Positions 43,877-54,423 of a stretch of 64,000 nucleotides of DNA are shown one piece after another (the first letter of the stretch is position 1; each line of letters opens with the position of its first letter). The notes below the pieces were generated by a model. It ran no database searches, had not been told where the DNA came from, and saw nothing but the letters and a program-made list of their open reading frames with translations. The stretch is taken from positions 704,001 through 768,000 of the forward strand of contig CAVVLO010000002.1 in NCBI GenBank assembly GCA_963749155.1. The letters are read 5' to 3'. The stretch is from an uncultured Armatimonadia bacterium. GTDB lineage: Bacteria > Armatimonadota > Zipacnadia > CAVVLO01. A program made the translations under genes and the position numbers.

Positions 43877-44794
43877 TTGAGAGACCAGTCACAGCTTTCG
43901 GAGCGTATCCAGCACCTGAAGCAAGAACGCAAGGCGCTGGTGCTTTGCCATTATTATGAGCGCGAAGAGATTTACGATGTCGCCGACCATATCGGGGATT
44001 CCCTTGGCCTGAGCCGACTTGCGGCGGACAGCGATGCCAGTGTGATTGTTTTCTGCGGTGTCCACTTTATGGCTGAAACCGCCTCCATCCTCGCCCCTGA
44101 AAAGCTTGTGCTGCTACCTGTGGTCACGGCAGGCTGTCCGATGGCCGATATGGTCGATACCGAGTATGTACTCGAGCGGCGCAAGGCTCTGCCTGAGGGG
44201 GAAGTCGTCGCCTATGTCAACACTTCCGCCAGGGTAAAGGCTGTCTCAGACTGGTGTTGCACCTCAGCCAATGCGGTTTCGGTCGTGAATCACGTGCCTT
44301 CGGACACGGTGATTTTCGTACCTGACAAGTACCTCGGGGCTTATGTAGCCAGCAAGACCAACAAAAAGGTAGACCTGCCCCCTGGTTATTGCCCGACCCA
44401 TGCGATGATCTTGCCGGAACACATATTGCAGGCAAAGGCCGATTATCCAAAGGCTCTGGTGCTGGCTCATCCCGAATGCCGGCCGGAAACTTTGGCGCTG
44501 GTTGATTATGTTGGCAGCACAGCGGGTATGGAGAAATATGTGGCAGGCTCCGAGGCTACCGAGTTCATCATCGGAACAGAGACCGGCTTCATCGCCAAGC
44601 TGCATCGCGACAATCCTGGAAAGCAGTTCATTGCGGCGCGCGAAGCCGCAACCTGCCCCAATATGAAGAAGATAACTCTCGAAGCTGTGCTCCACTCGCT
44701 GGAGGGCCTGGAGCCTGTGGTCAAGGTGCCCGAGGATATCGCAAGCAAAGCCAGGCTTCCAATAGAGCGTATGCTCAGCATACCGAGAGATTGA
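43877..44794 (+). CDS. nadA: Quinolinate synthase
   Basis: FCGVHFMAETA, GCPMAD, YVNTSA, CPTH, HPEC, CPNMKK; own TATAAT at 43839. Confidence 0.96.
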   Translation: MRDQSQLSERIQHLKQERKALVLCHYYEREEIYDVADHIGDSLGLSRLAADSDASVIVFCGVHFMAETASILAPEKLVLLPVVTAGCPMADMVDTEYVLERRKALPEGEVVAYVNTSARVKAVSDWCCTSANAVSVVNHVPSDTVIFVPDKYLGAYVASKTNKKVDLPPGYCPTHAMILPEHILQAKADYPKALVLAHPECRPETLALVDYVGSTAGMEKYVAGSEATEFIIGTETGFIAKLHRDNPGKQFIAAREAATCPNMKKITLEAVLHSLEGLEPVVKVPEDIASKARLPIERMLSIPRD

Positions 44795-44877
44795 TCGAAG
44801 GAGTTGTAAAGCATTACAGGCCACACCGACTTAGGTCCCACCCATTTCGCAAGAGCGTTAAGAGTGGAGGGTTCTCT

Positions 44878-45915
44878 ATGGCCAAAGAGTTCACACGCAA
44901 GCAACTGCTGACCTTGCTGGGAGGCCTTGCAATAACTGGCCTGCCTGGTTGCGGCAGCAAGGAGGCGGCCTCCGAGCCGCTCCAGACCCCCCCTGTGCCA
45001 CCCGCCCCACCTGCCCCAGAAAGCTCTGAAGCCGGCAAGAAGAGCCTCGTTGTGGTTGCCCTTGGCAAGAATCTGACGAATGCCAACGGTGACTATATCG
45101 CAGCCCAGGTGCAGCCTGTGGTGGACAAAGCCATCGCCAGAGCATTGAAGGCCAAGGATGCGGTAGAAGGTCTTGCCAAAATCATCAGCCCCGAGGATGT
45201 AGTCGGACTCAAAGTCAACTGCATCGCCGGTTACTCGCTTTGTTCGCGTCCAGAGGTCGCTTTTGCCATCGCCAGGCGCGTCCAGGACCTTGGTGTACCG
45301 CCGGAACATATCATCATCTGGGACCGCACCGACGCCGAGCTTATTGGCTGCCGTTACACGCTCAACAAGCAACCAGGCGCCATCCAGGTCTATGGCACCT
45401 CACCCGACATTGGTTATACAGCCTCACCTCTCAAGGGGGGCACCTTCAGCGATAACATCTCGAATATCCTGGTGGAGCGCTGCACCAAGCTCATCAATGT
45501 GCCGGTGATGAAGACCCACGGGGGAGCTGGCGTGTCTTTGGCGCTCAAGAATCACCTGGGCACCAACCAGAATCCTGGCAACAACCACAATGACTTGAAG
45601 TCTATAGGCGATCTCAACGCCTTCGCTCCCATCAAGGACAAGACCGTGCTGGTTGTTTGCGATGCGATCCGGCCTCTCTACAAAGACGGGCCTGGCGACA
45701 ATCCCCAGTACCGCTGGGAATATAATGCCATCATCGCCAGCACTGACCCTGTTGCGCATGACAGGGCGGGCTACGAGATCCTCTCCCAGCGCTGGCAGGT
45801 CGCGCACGGCGCCGAAGGTTGGGGCCACGAATATGGCCTCGACCACATCAGGCGCGCCGGTGAACTGGGACTTGGCAATTTCGATCCGAGTATGCTTGAG
45901 ATAGTGGAGGCCTAA
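44878..45915 (+). CDS. DUF362 family protein 1, Tat-like lipoprotein
   Basis: TRKQLL...LPGC lipobox; VGLKVN, INVPVMKTH, SLALKN, STDPVAHD. Confidence 0.85.
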   Translation: MAKEFTRKQLLTLLGGLAITGLPGCGSKEAASEPLQTPPVPPAPPAPESSEAGKKSLVVVALGKNLTNANGDYIAAQVQPVVDKAIARALKAKDAVEGLAKIISPEDVVGLKVNCIAGYSLCSRPEVAFAIARRVQDLGVPPEHIIIWDRTDAELIGCRYTLNKQPGAIQVYGTSPDIGYTASPLKGGTFSDNISNILVERCTKLINVPVMKTHGGAGVSLALKNHLGTNQNPGNNHNDLKSIGDLNAFAPIKDKTVLVVCDAIRPLYKDGPGDNPQYRWEYNAIIASTDPVAHDRAGYEILSQRWQVAHGAEGWGHEYGLDHIRRAGELGLGNFDPSMLEIVEA

Positions 45916-46163
45916 GGTTCAGTCAGGCTGGAACAAGCAGCGTCTACTAATTGTCTATATAATGAAACCAAGTGCTTGCCTGGTGGCCACTTCAGCAGGT
46001 AAGTCTAGATTTGGTGCATAATATAGGTATTACAGGACCGACAGGCCTGCACTGGTTGTTCGGCAGGCCTGTGAGTGTATGACGAAAACAGCTAGATAAT
46101 TAGGGACTTACCAATCCAGCTGACGCCAGTCGTCGAGCGAGATTGATACCAGGAGGCCAATAT

Positions 46164-47171
46164 ATGGCAAAAGACCGAGAACACACCAAAGGCATAACCA
46201 GGAAAGATTTCGTCAAGGGCGCGCTCGCAGGAGCCTTCCTGCTTGGCGCGGCCGGTTCACTTCCAGGCTTCGCCGCTTTTGATCCAAAGAAGAAGAGCCT
46301 CGTGGCAATTGCTCGCGGCACCAATCTGATGAACGCCAATGGCGATTATCTCGGCCCACAGGTCCAGACTGTGGTGGACCGGGCCATCGCTAAAGCCCTG
46401 CAGGCGCCTAATGCGGTCGAAGGGTTGAAAAAAATCATCAGCGCGAACGATACTGTGGGGCTGAAGGTAAACTGCATCGCCGGCTATTCGCTATGCACCC
46501 GGCCTGAAGTAGCCCTGGCCATTGCGCAGCGAGTCCATGACCTGGGAGTGCCCTCCGAGCGCATTATCATCTGGGACCGCACTGACGCCGAGCTTATCAA
46601 CTGCCGCTACCGGCTTCAGAAAGCTCCTGGCGGAGTCCAGATTTTCGGCACCAAGCCAGGAGTTGGCTACACTGACGCTCCTGTCCCAGGTGGCGCCAAG
46701 GCAGATCATCTCTCGAAGATACTCACCGAGCAATGCACCAAGCTCATCAATGTGCCTGTAATGAAGACTCACGGCGGAGCCGGGATTTCTCTCGCGCTAA
46801 AAAACCATCTGGGCACCGACCAGAATCCTGGCAGCTACCATGATGATGGTTGTATTGCGGTTGGAGACCTCAACGCCTCGCAGCCCATCAAAGACAAGAC
46901 CGTGCTGGTCGTTTGCGATGCAATCAGGCCCCTGTGCAAACATGGCCCTGGCGATAGTCCCGAGTTCCGCTGGAATTACAACGGCATCCTGGCCAGCACC
47001 GATCCCGTAGCGCATGATCGTGTGGGCTACGAAGTAATGGCCCAGCAGTGGCGGACTCTGCGCGGGGCTGAGGGCTGGGGTCATGAGCAAGGTCTGAAGC
47101 ATATACTGAGGGCTGCTGAACTCGGCCTCGGTCACGGCGACCTAAATATGATCCAGATCGTCGAGGTATAA
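46164..47171 (+). CDS. DUF362 family protein 2, Tat-like signal
   Basis: TRKDFVK signal; close paralog of protein 1. Confidence 0.85.
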   Translation: MAKDREHTKGITRKDFVKGALAGAFLLGAAGSLPGFAAFDPKKKSLVAIARGTNLMNANGDYLGPQVQTVVDRAIAKALQAPNAVEGLKKIISANDTVGLKVNCIAGYSLCTRPEVALAIAQRVHDLGVPSERIIIWDRTDAELINCRYRLQKAPGGVQIFGTKPGVGYTDAPVPGGAKADHLSKILTEQCTKLINVPVMKTHGGAGISLALKNHLGTDQNPGSYHDDGCIAVGDLNASQPIKDKTVLVVCDAIRPLCKHGPGDSPEFRWNYNGILASTDPVAHDRVGYEVMAQQWRTLRGAEGWGHEQGLKHILRAAELGLGHGDLNMIQIVEV

Positions 47172-47187
47172 GGAGCGACTAGTAAAA

Positions 47188-48166
47188 ATGGCAAAACAGT
47201 TTACGCGCAAGCAACTCCTCGGATTACTCGGAGGGCTGGCGATAACCGGGATTACTGGCTGCGGCAAAGAAGGAGCCACTACTGGGGCTCTGCCCCCCGC
47301 CGCGCCTGTGCCTGCTCCAAAGCCTGCCACCAGCACTCCCAAAGTGGGCGGCGAACTAGGCAAGGGTGTCCTTTATATAGCCAAAGGCGCAGATGCCAAG
47401 GACAACGTCAAACGTGCCCTTGTGGGGGCGGGCGGACTTGAGAAATGGGTTAAGCCTGGCTCAAAAGTCGTCATCAAGCCCAATATGGCCTGGGGAGCTC
47501 CCCGGTGACGTTGGAGTGGTTACTTCTCCCGACGTCGTTGTTGCGCTAGTCGAAGCCTGTAAAACAGCAGGCGCGGGAAGCATCCGGGTCATCGATCACG
47601 GTATAAATCCGGCCGCGTCGGTCTACGCCGCAAGTGGTTTGAAGACGGCTATCGAAGGCGCCGGCGCCGAGTGTTTTATTGATACTTCGGGCGGCACCGA
47701 GCGGCTTTACACCAAAGTGGCTCTGCCCCAGGGCAAAGCAATGCAGGAAGACGAGTGCCTCACCGAGTTGCTCGAAGCCGACTGCTTTATCAATGTGCCA
47801 GTCTGCAAACATCACAGCGGCACCAATGTATCGCTTGCTCTTAAGGCGATGATGGGAGCCAACCGGGACAGGCAGAAGTGGCATGCCAGCCAGTTGCATC
47901 AGTGTATCGCCGACTACGCGACAGAAGTCAGGGCTCATCTTGTCGTGCTGGACGCGACCAATGTGCTTAAGGACAACGGGCCTCAAGGGCCAGGCACAGT
48001 GGATAAAGCCAATCAGATCATAGTTGGCACCGACCCAGTCGCGGTGGACGCCTATGGCGCGACTTTGGTCGGTTATCAACCTGACCAGGTGGACCATATA
48101 AAGTTCGCATACGAGTTTGGGTTGGGCGAGATGTCCCTGGCCAACATCAAACTTAACGAAGTCTGA
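47188..48166 (+). CDS. DUF362 family protein 3, Tat-like lipoprotein (frameshift near 47500)
   Basis: TRKQLL...ITGC; VVIKPN, INVPVCKHH, TDPVAVD; break at a C run. Confidence 0.85.
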
Positions 48167-48184
48167 TAATCCGGGAGGCTCCAG

Positions 48185-49691
48185 TTGAGAAGCTGGCTGC
48201 GCCGAGGGGTGCAGGTAGCGAGCTTTGGGTTGTTTGTTGTATTGCTCGCCTATACCTTCCCCCTTGAAAATACCCTTGCAGATGACTTATGGCTGCGCTT
48301 CGATCCGCTGGTCGCCCTTTCGGCGATGATTGCGGCGAGGCAGATAATTCCTGTGCTACTAATCCCGCTTGCTTTTATGGCGCTGGTTGGCCTGCTGATT
48401 GGCCGGTGCTTTTGTGGATGGATTTGCCCGCTTGGAGCCTTGCTGGACTTTTGGAGCTGGCTGGTAAAACCGCGCCAACTTGGCAGACCTTCACCTCACC
48501 TGACCAAAGTAAAGTATGTCCTCCTAATCGTCGTGCTGCTGTTTGCCCTATTTGGTTTCCAGCTTGTGCAGTGGGTAGACCCGTTGGTCATCCTGACGCG
48601 TAGTTCCTCTTTGGTTGCCTATCCTCTCTATATGAAAGCGGCCCATCAATGGCCCTGGCTAGCCAGCCTGTTTGGTTCGGAAGCGCCCCTGGGCACAGCG
48701 CCGTTTTTCAGACTGGGCCTGGTGGCGGCGGCCTTCCTGGTCGTTATCCTGGGCCTGTCACTGCTTCAGCCGCGTTTCTGGTGCCGGTACCTGTGCCCAC
48801 TTGGCGCCTTCTACGGAGCGCTCTCACGCTTTCCGTTATTGAAGCGGCGGGTCTCCGAGGCTTGTATTGACTGCGGCAAATGCGCCCACTGGTGCAAGAC
48901 AGGCGCCATCAGACCAGATGAGTTGCGCGGGCGAGATGCTTCAGAGTGCATCCTTTGTCTAGAGTGTGAACGCGTCTGTCCGCCAAAAGCGACCCGGTTC
49001 GTAGTTGGAGGCACAGAGCAGAACACTCAAAGTGGATACGGAGTTACGCGCAAGTATCTGTTAGCCTCCCTGGTCGCCGCGGCTGCCGGTGCCGGTGCTT
49101 TCCTGGGCCAACAAATCGGACAAGCCTCTTGACCATAAACTCATCAGACCTCCTGGCGCGGCCCCGGAAGAGGACTTCAATGCACTTTGTGTGCGTTGCG
49201 GCGAATGTATGAAAAAATGTCCAACCGCTGGTCTGCAGCCTTCTATCACAGAGGCTGGCCTTGAAGGGCTAGGCACTCCTGTACTGGTTCCTCTGCATGG
49301 TCCCTGCGAAAAAGATTGCAACACCTGCGGGCAGGTCTGCCCAACTGACGCCATCCGGGGCTTCCGCATCGAGGACAAGCCCAAGCTGAAGATTGGCGTG
49401 GCAGCAGTAGACCGGGGCCTCTGCATCGGCTGGGCGCGCGGGCGGCTTTGCCTGCTTTGCGAGGAGCAATGTCCTTATGGGGCTATCCACCATGTGGACG
49501 CCTCTGGTACGCAATGCCCTGTTGTCGATGATACACTCTGTGTAGGGTGTGGGATTTGTGAGTTCCAGTGTCCACTTCGCCCCCAGGCGGCTATCCGCGT
49601 GAACGGGGTTGGGGAGCGGACTAGCGCGCCCAGTAAGCCGAGCGATGCCCTCGCCGACTTCTGGAGGCGGTCAAACCCGGATGATAATTGA
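48185..49691 (+). CDS. Membrane polyferredoxin (NapH-like TM domain fused to NapG/MauM-like domain; frameshift near 49105)
   Basis: GRCFCGWICPLG, FWCRYLCPLG, several CxxCxxCxxxCP, IRPPGA..E..F...CVRCGECMKKCPT. Confidence 0.85.
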
Positions 49692-50367
49692 GACCAAAAT
49701 CTGTGGCCTCACCAGTATCGAAGACGCCAGGCTGGCCGAAGAGGCCGGCGCTGACTGGCTGGGCGTGGTCGTAGAAGTCAGTTACTCGCGCAGGTCGCGT
49801 ACCCTGGCAGAAGCCAAGGCTATCTTTGAAGCAGTCTCGACCTCTACTGTGGCGCTGCTGATGGAGCCTGAACTGGAGTTCCTGCTTCGAGTGCAGGAGG
49901 AGCTTAACCCAGACGCCTTCCAACTCGTGGGAGAAGACTCCCCCGATTTCATCGCCAAAGCGCGCGAGGTCTTGCCTGAAGAGGTAGCCCTCTGGAAGTC
50001 TATCCATCTGCCCGCCGAGGCCGGTATGGAATTCGACCTGTTCACCCTGATTGAGAGAGCGCGCGAGTATGAACAGGCCAGTGCCGACCGGTTTGTACTG
50101 GATACGCGTGTCACCGTTGGCGGCCAGACAGCTTATGGGGGCACGGGGCAGGTTGCCGATTGGGAACTTGCCGCCGAGGTAGTGCGCCAGGTGGATCTTT
50201 CAGTGTTGCTGGCCGGTGGACTCTCTCCGGACAATGTCGCAGAAGCTATCCAAAAAGTGCGACCCCGAGGCGTGGATGTCGCCAGCGGGGTCGAGAGCGA
50301 GCCCGGCATCAAGTCGCCGGAGAAAGTCAGAGCTTTTATCCAGGCCGCGCGAGGCGCCCTCGGTTAG
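49681..50367 (+). CDS. trpF: Phosphoribosylanthranilate isomerase
   Basis: TKICGLT, GGTG..ADW, LLAGGLSPDNV, GVDVASGVE..PGIK. Confidence 0.9.
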   Translation: MIIETKICGLTSIEDARLAEEAGADWLGVVVEVSYSRRSRTLAEAKAIFEAVSTSTVALLMEPELEFLLRVQEELNPDAFQLVGEDSPDFIAKAREVLPEEVALWKSIHLPAEAGMEFDLFTLIERAREYEQASADRFVLDTRVTVGGQTAYGGTGQVADWELAAEVVRQVDLSVLLAGGLSPDNVAEAIQKVRPRGVDVASGVESEPGIKSPEKVRAFIQAARGALG

Positions 50368-51020
50368 TCCAGCCCAGCAGGAGGCTCATCAGGCGTCTGG
50401 GCCTGTTCGAGGGGCGGCTTGGGCACTTTTCCCAAAGCGGTCAGTACCGTTGCCCCAATCCCCACTAACGCTGCGTACAAGGTTACCAGGGTACCCAGTG
50501 GCACCATCAACTTCGAAAGCGCAAGCGCAGCGCAACCCCAGGCCACCTTCGAGGCGTCACTAGCCTCGGGACGCCCGAAGAAAGCCATCAGCCTGCCTCC
50601 GGCATAAAGTGAAGCCGCCGCAAAACCAGCCCAGGCGATGGCGATCCAAAGTATGAGCATCAAGGCGCCTACGAGTGCCAGAACGCTGTTGGTGCTGATT
50701 AAACCTACCCCAATCGCAATCAGGAATATCGAGGACAGAAGTCCCCAGACAAGGGCGCCAACAGGGCGCTCCCGGATCACCAGCGCGCGCACATTCGTCT
50801 TGGTCGGCTGATAAGCCGCGATCAGTAAAGTCAGCCCCATCGCTGCGGCGATGAGCAGGGGGATCAACAAACCGATTGTGATAACTATAACGGCACTGCC
50901 AAAGGCCTTCTCAGCGCCCCCAGCGCCTGCTGGCGCAGCGACTTTCGCAGCCTCCTCGGCCCAGGCAGGCCAAGCGAGTAAAGCCAGCATTACAGGCGAA
51001 TACCTGGCTAGCAATTTCAT
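50364..51020 (-). CDS. Membrane protein (4-5 TM) in the ECF operon
   Basis: Signal-like N-terminus and hydrophobic helices; ATGA overlap with the upstream gene. Confidence 0.7.
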   Translation of the reverse strand: MKLLARYSPVMLALLAWPAWAEEAAKVAAPAGAGGAEKAFGSAVIVITIGLLIPLLIAAAMGLTLLIAAYQPTKTNVRALVIRERPVGALVWGLLSSIFLIAIGVGLISTNSVLALVGALMLILWIAIAWAGFAAASLYAGGRLMAFFGRPEASDASKVAWGCAALALSKLMVPLGTLVTLYAALVGIGATVLTALGKVPKPPLEQAQTPDEPPAGLD

Positions 51021-51596
51021 CTTGAGAAAGCCTCCTCGGTGCGTTCGAGACGCTCACTGCGCTGTATGAACAAACCCAGCGCGAGCAGCAACGCTATCAG
51101 CGCCGCCACCGCAAGCATAAGCCAGGTTGGCGTAACCCCATACCCTTCGAGAGTGGTCTGCATCGACTCGCGGGACAGGGGCATACTGGCCGCAATCAAT
51201 TCGGTCCCAAGCATATCGGCGACCGTCTCATACGAATTGGTTAGCTCGCTACTCCAGCCGGCTGACTTGCTTTGAGGGAGTCATCAAAGGCTGGTTATAG
51301 CCCCAAAACAGCATCGCGCCGAGTACCAGGAGCGCCAGGCATGACAGCGCAAGGCTATAAGTGGTCTGGCGCATACCGCTGCGCCTGACGGCATCCATCA
51401 CCTTGAACTCGAATCCCGCAGGAGCCTCTTCGATAAGCGCCGAGGGCAGCACCTGCTCCAGTTGTTCTTGCGCCGCGGCAAATCGCGCGCAGGCGGGACA
51501 CTGGCTCAGGTGGTCTTCGACTTCGCTCATAAGACGAATTGGCAAGCGTGATACAGGGAACAAGGCGACCAGGTTGCGTACTTTATCACAGTTCAT
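51017..51596 (-). CDS. Zinc-binding anti-sigma factor (zf-HC2), 2 TM; probable frameshift near 51270
   Basis: MNC...EDHLSQCPAC (HxxxCxxC); the alternate frame AGWSSELTNSYETVADMLGT continues into ORF 51017..51214. Confidence 0.8.
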
Positions 51597-52206
51597 CCCA
51601 CTGGCCTCCTTCTTCATTTGTTTCCTCCGCCTCAGGCAAAACGGCCTCGGGGTCGAGTGCCTTGGCGAGGGCGGCTTTCCCCCGAAAGACGAGGGTCTTG
51701 GCGGTGCCCACAGGCACTTCCAGCGTCCTGGCGATGTCTGTATAACTGAGATCAGCCAGATAGCGCAGGCAGATGGCCAGCCGGTATTTTTCCGGAAGGT
51801 CGGCAATCGCCTTGCGCACAACCTGCTGTACCTCGCGCGTCTCTACCAGGTGTTGGACGCTGGGCTGAGTCAAACTTTCGGGGCCGGTGGATCCGCTAAG
51901 GATTGCCTCATCAAAAGGCAAAGAAGGGCGGTTTTTGTGCATCCGAAGATGGCTCAGCGCCACATTGGCTGCCAGTTTGAGCAGCCAGGGCAAAAAGGGA
52001 CGGTTCTGTCTATAGGTGTGTAATTTGCGCCAGGCTCGGACAAAGGTCTCCTGTGCCAGGTCTTCAGCCTCCGAGCGACTGCGCGCTTTGTGGGCGACGA
52101 CCGAGTAGACCTGGTGCTGATAACGCCTGACCAGCAAGCCATAGGCAGCTCTGTCGCCCGCCACTGCTCGCTGTACCAGTTCGTAATCCGAAGCCGAGTT
52201 CAGCAC
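51586..52206 (-). CDS. ECF RNA polymerase sigma factor (SigW-like)
   Basis: AEDLAQETFVRAW, F.PWL..LA.N, LPEKYR...LRY...LSY.DIA..L..P.GT.K. Confidence 0.93.
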   Translation of the reverse strand: MLNSASDYELVQRAVAGDRAAYGLLVRRYQHQVYSVVAHKARSRSEAEDLAQETFVRAWRKLHTYRQNRPFLPWLLKLAANVALSHLRMHKNRPSLPFDEAILSGSTGPESLTQPSVQHLVETREVQQVVRKAIADLPEKYRLAICLRYLADLSYTDIARTLEVPVGTAKTLVFRGKAALAKALDPEAVLPEAEETNEEGGQWDEL

Positions 52207-52227
52207 AATATCACTCCTGCCGGCTTA

Positions 52228-52254
52228 TACGCTGGCAAGTCTGGTCTAGTTTCA
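52228..52254 (-). promoter_or_regulatory. Putative autoregulatory ECF promoter
   Basis: TGAAAC-N17-CGTA about 20 nt upstream of the sigma start. Confidence 0.75.
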
Positions 52255-52315
52255 TTTTACTACCAGGACAAGCAGAAAAAGGCCTTTGTAACGGATTAGG
52301 CAGCAATTTCAGACA

Positions 52316-52348
52316 CAACAAAGGACAGGGAGCCAAAGCCCCCTGTCC
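52316..52348 (-). terminator. rpsT terminator
   Basis: ggacaggg/ccctgtcc stem followed by tttgttg on the minus strand. Confidence 0.7.
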
Positions 52349-52375
52349 GGAGAGAACCGAAAAACCTTGCGCCAG

Positions 52376-52654
52376 TTACTCGGCGGCGATCTCGAAGGCG
52401 TGCTTGAACCTGGCGGTCAGCCTGGACTTGCGCCGAGCGGCCTGGTTGGGATGGATAACGCCTTTGCCCGCGGCTTTGTCAAGCTGACGAGCGGCTTCGC
52501 GCAAAGCGCCAGCCGCTACGTCCTGGTCTTTGCCTGCGAAGCTTTCGAGAGCCTTGCGGACATAGGTCCGCATCTTGCTGCGCACCATTTTGTTGCGCAG
52601 AGCCTGTTTCTTATCCTGGCGAAGCGACTTACTTCTTGACTTGGTAAACGGCAA
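52376..52654 (-). CDS. rpsT: 30S ribosomal protein S20
   Basis: RNK..RSKMRT.VRK, LDKAA.KGVIH.NQAARRKSRL. Confidence 0.96.
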   Translation of the reverse strand: MPFTKSRSKSLRQDKKQALRNKMVRSKMRTYVRKALESFAGKDQDVAAGALREAARQLDKAAGKGVIHPNQAARRKSRLTARFKHAFEIAAE

Positions 52655-52804
52655 CGCTCACTACACCTCTTCAAACAACCTGACTTCCTGGTCGGAGCCA
52701 GATTTTAGCACACGATTTCGCCGAGGTAAAGGGGGCTAAAGGCCTTCCTCACGGCGTAAGGTTGTCGACACTTGAAAATGGGGTTATGCTTGAGCTAACT
52801 GGAG

Positions 52805-53302
52805 GTGGCGCCAGTGTTTTACTATATTGCGATTATGGGCTTCGTGGCCTTTGTGGTAATTGCCTTTCTGATAAGTGAATGGCGAAGTTACCGGGCAGGC
52901 CGGGGCCTGCTGGACAAGCGGCTGATCTGGACCCGCACTTTCGCCGGAATCGCTGTGCTGGCGCTGCTTGCGATGGTACTGTGGGGTATGCTCGGATTGC
53001 CTTATTCCGACCTGATGGAACCCGAGCTGCGAGATACGGCGCGCTGGCAGATTTTTTATTACTGGGCAAGCGTGGCCGGGGTTGTGCTAATCCTGCTCGC
53101 TTTTCTGATTGTGGATTATAAATTATTAAAGGCGCGCACTGACGAATTGAAAAACCAGATCAGCAGCCAGTTCGTTGGAGAACTGCAAGAAATCGCTGAC
53201 CGCGCCCGAGAACACAGACAGGAACTTGAAGAAGCCGCCGACAAAATCGCCGAAGAACCTCCCAAAGAGGAGTCTGAATCTCCCGACCAAGATGACCACT
53301 GA
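52805..53302 (+). CDS. Hypothetical 3-TM membrane protein with acidic coiled-coil tail
   Basis: Three hydrophobic helices; stop overlaps the ribD start region. Confidence 0.65.
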   Translation: MAPVFYYIAIMGFVAFVVIAFLISEWRSYRAGRGLLDKRLIWTRTFAGIAVLALLAMVLWGMLGLPYSDLMEPELRDTARWQIFYYWASVAGVVLILLAFLIVDYKLLKARTDELKNQISSQFVGELQEIADRAREHRQELEEAADKIAEEPPKEESESPDQDDH

Positions 53303-54423
53303 CCTGGATTATATGAAGTTGGCGCTTGAGCTTGCCGCTGGGGGGCGCTACACCGCTTCTCCCAACCCAATGGTAGGCGCGGTTATCGTGCGCGAGGGCG
53401 AGGTTGTCGGGCGAGGCTTCCACAAAAAGCCTGGCCTGCCTCATGCCGAGGTGTTAGCCCTTGCCGAGGCCGGCGAAAAAGCCCAGGGGGCAACCCTTTA
53501 TGTCACTCTGGAACCCTGCTCTCATCACGGGCGCACCGGACCCTGCTGTGTGGCGCTTGCTCCAGCAGGCATAAAACGCGTCGTCGTGGCCAGTCTCGAT
53601 CCTGACAATCGGGTAGCCGGCGCTGGTATCAAACACCTCCAGGAAGAAGGTCTTGAGGTGCAGGCTGGCCTGCTCGAGCGCGAGGCGTTGAATCTCAACG
53701 AGCGCTATATCAAACATCGTCTGATCGGTATGCCCTTCATCACCCTGAAGGCCGCGCTTACACTGGATGGCAAGCTGGCAGCGCACACGGGCGATTCTAA
53801 ATGGATTACCTGCGAGGAAGCCCGCCGGGCCGCCCATCTCTTGCGCGCCGAACATGACGCCGTCCTGGCAGGGGTAGGCACAGTACTAGCTGATGACCCA
53901 GAACTGACCTGTCGAGTGCTGGACGATCCAGACTTCGAACAACCTGCGAGGATTGTTGTAGATCCGACTTTGCGAGCCCCCCTTGATGCGGAAGGTCTTC
54001 TCTCCCCTCGATGGCGCTCGCAGGCTTGTGCTTTGCAGTGAAGAAGCGCAGCTCGACCGTATGGCGGCCTTCCAGGAACGCGGTATCGAGTTGTTGCCTG
54101 TGCCCGAGACCAGGCCTGGCCGGCTGGCACTGGAACCTGCCCTGGCCCGGCTGGCGAGTGAGGATATCACCAGCCTGTTGGTGGAAGGTGGCGGTGAAAC
54201 ACATGCGGCCTTTATATCGCAGGGATTTGGGGATAGAATATGGTTTGCCGTAGCTCCCCGTCTGCTGGGAGGGCGCGAGGCCCCCACCCCTCTCGAGGGA
54301 GAGGGCTTTGCCACGGTTGCCGAAGCGCTGGACCTTACAAACGTCTCGGTAGTGCAGATGGGCACTGACTTTATCTTTGAGGGTTATTTGTTTGGGAGGG
54401 AGCCTGCCTGTTCACTGGCATAA
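53292..54423 (+). CDS. ribD: Riboflavin deaminase/reductase (frameshift near 53985)
   Basis: PNPMVGAV, HAE, TLEPC.H.GRT.PC, LDGK, SKWIT, LLVEGG. Confidence 0.93.

Noticed and set aside
52655..53292. FMN riboswitch ahead of the rib operon
   Set aside because: No RFN consensus seen; the spacer holds only divergent sigmaA-like promoters.
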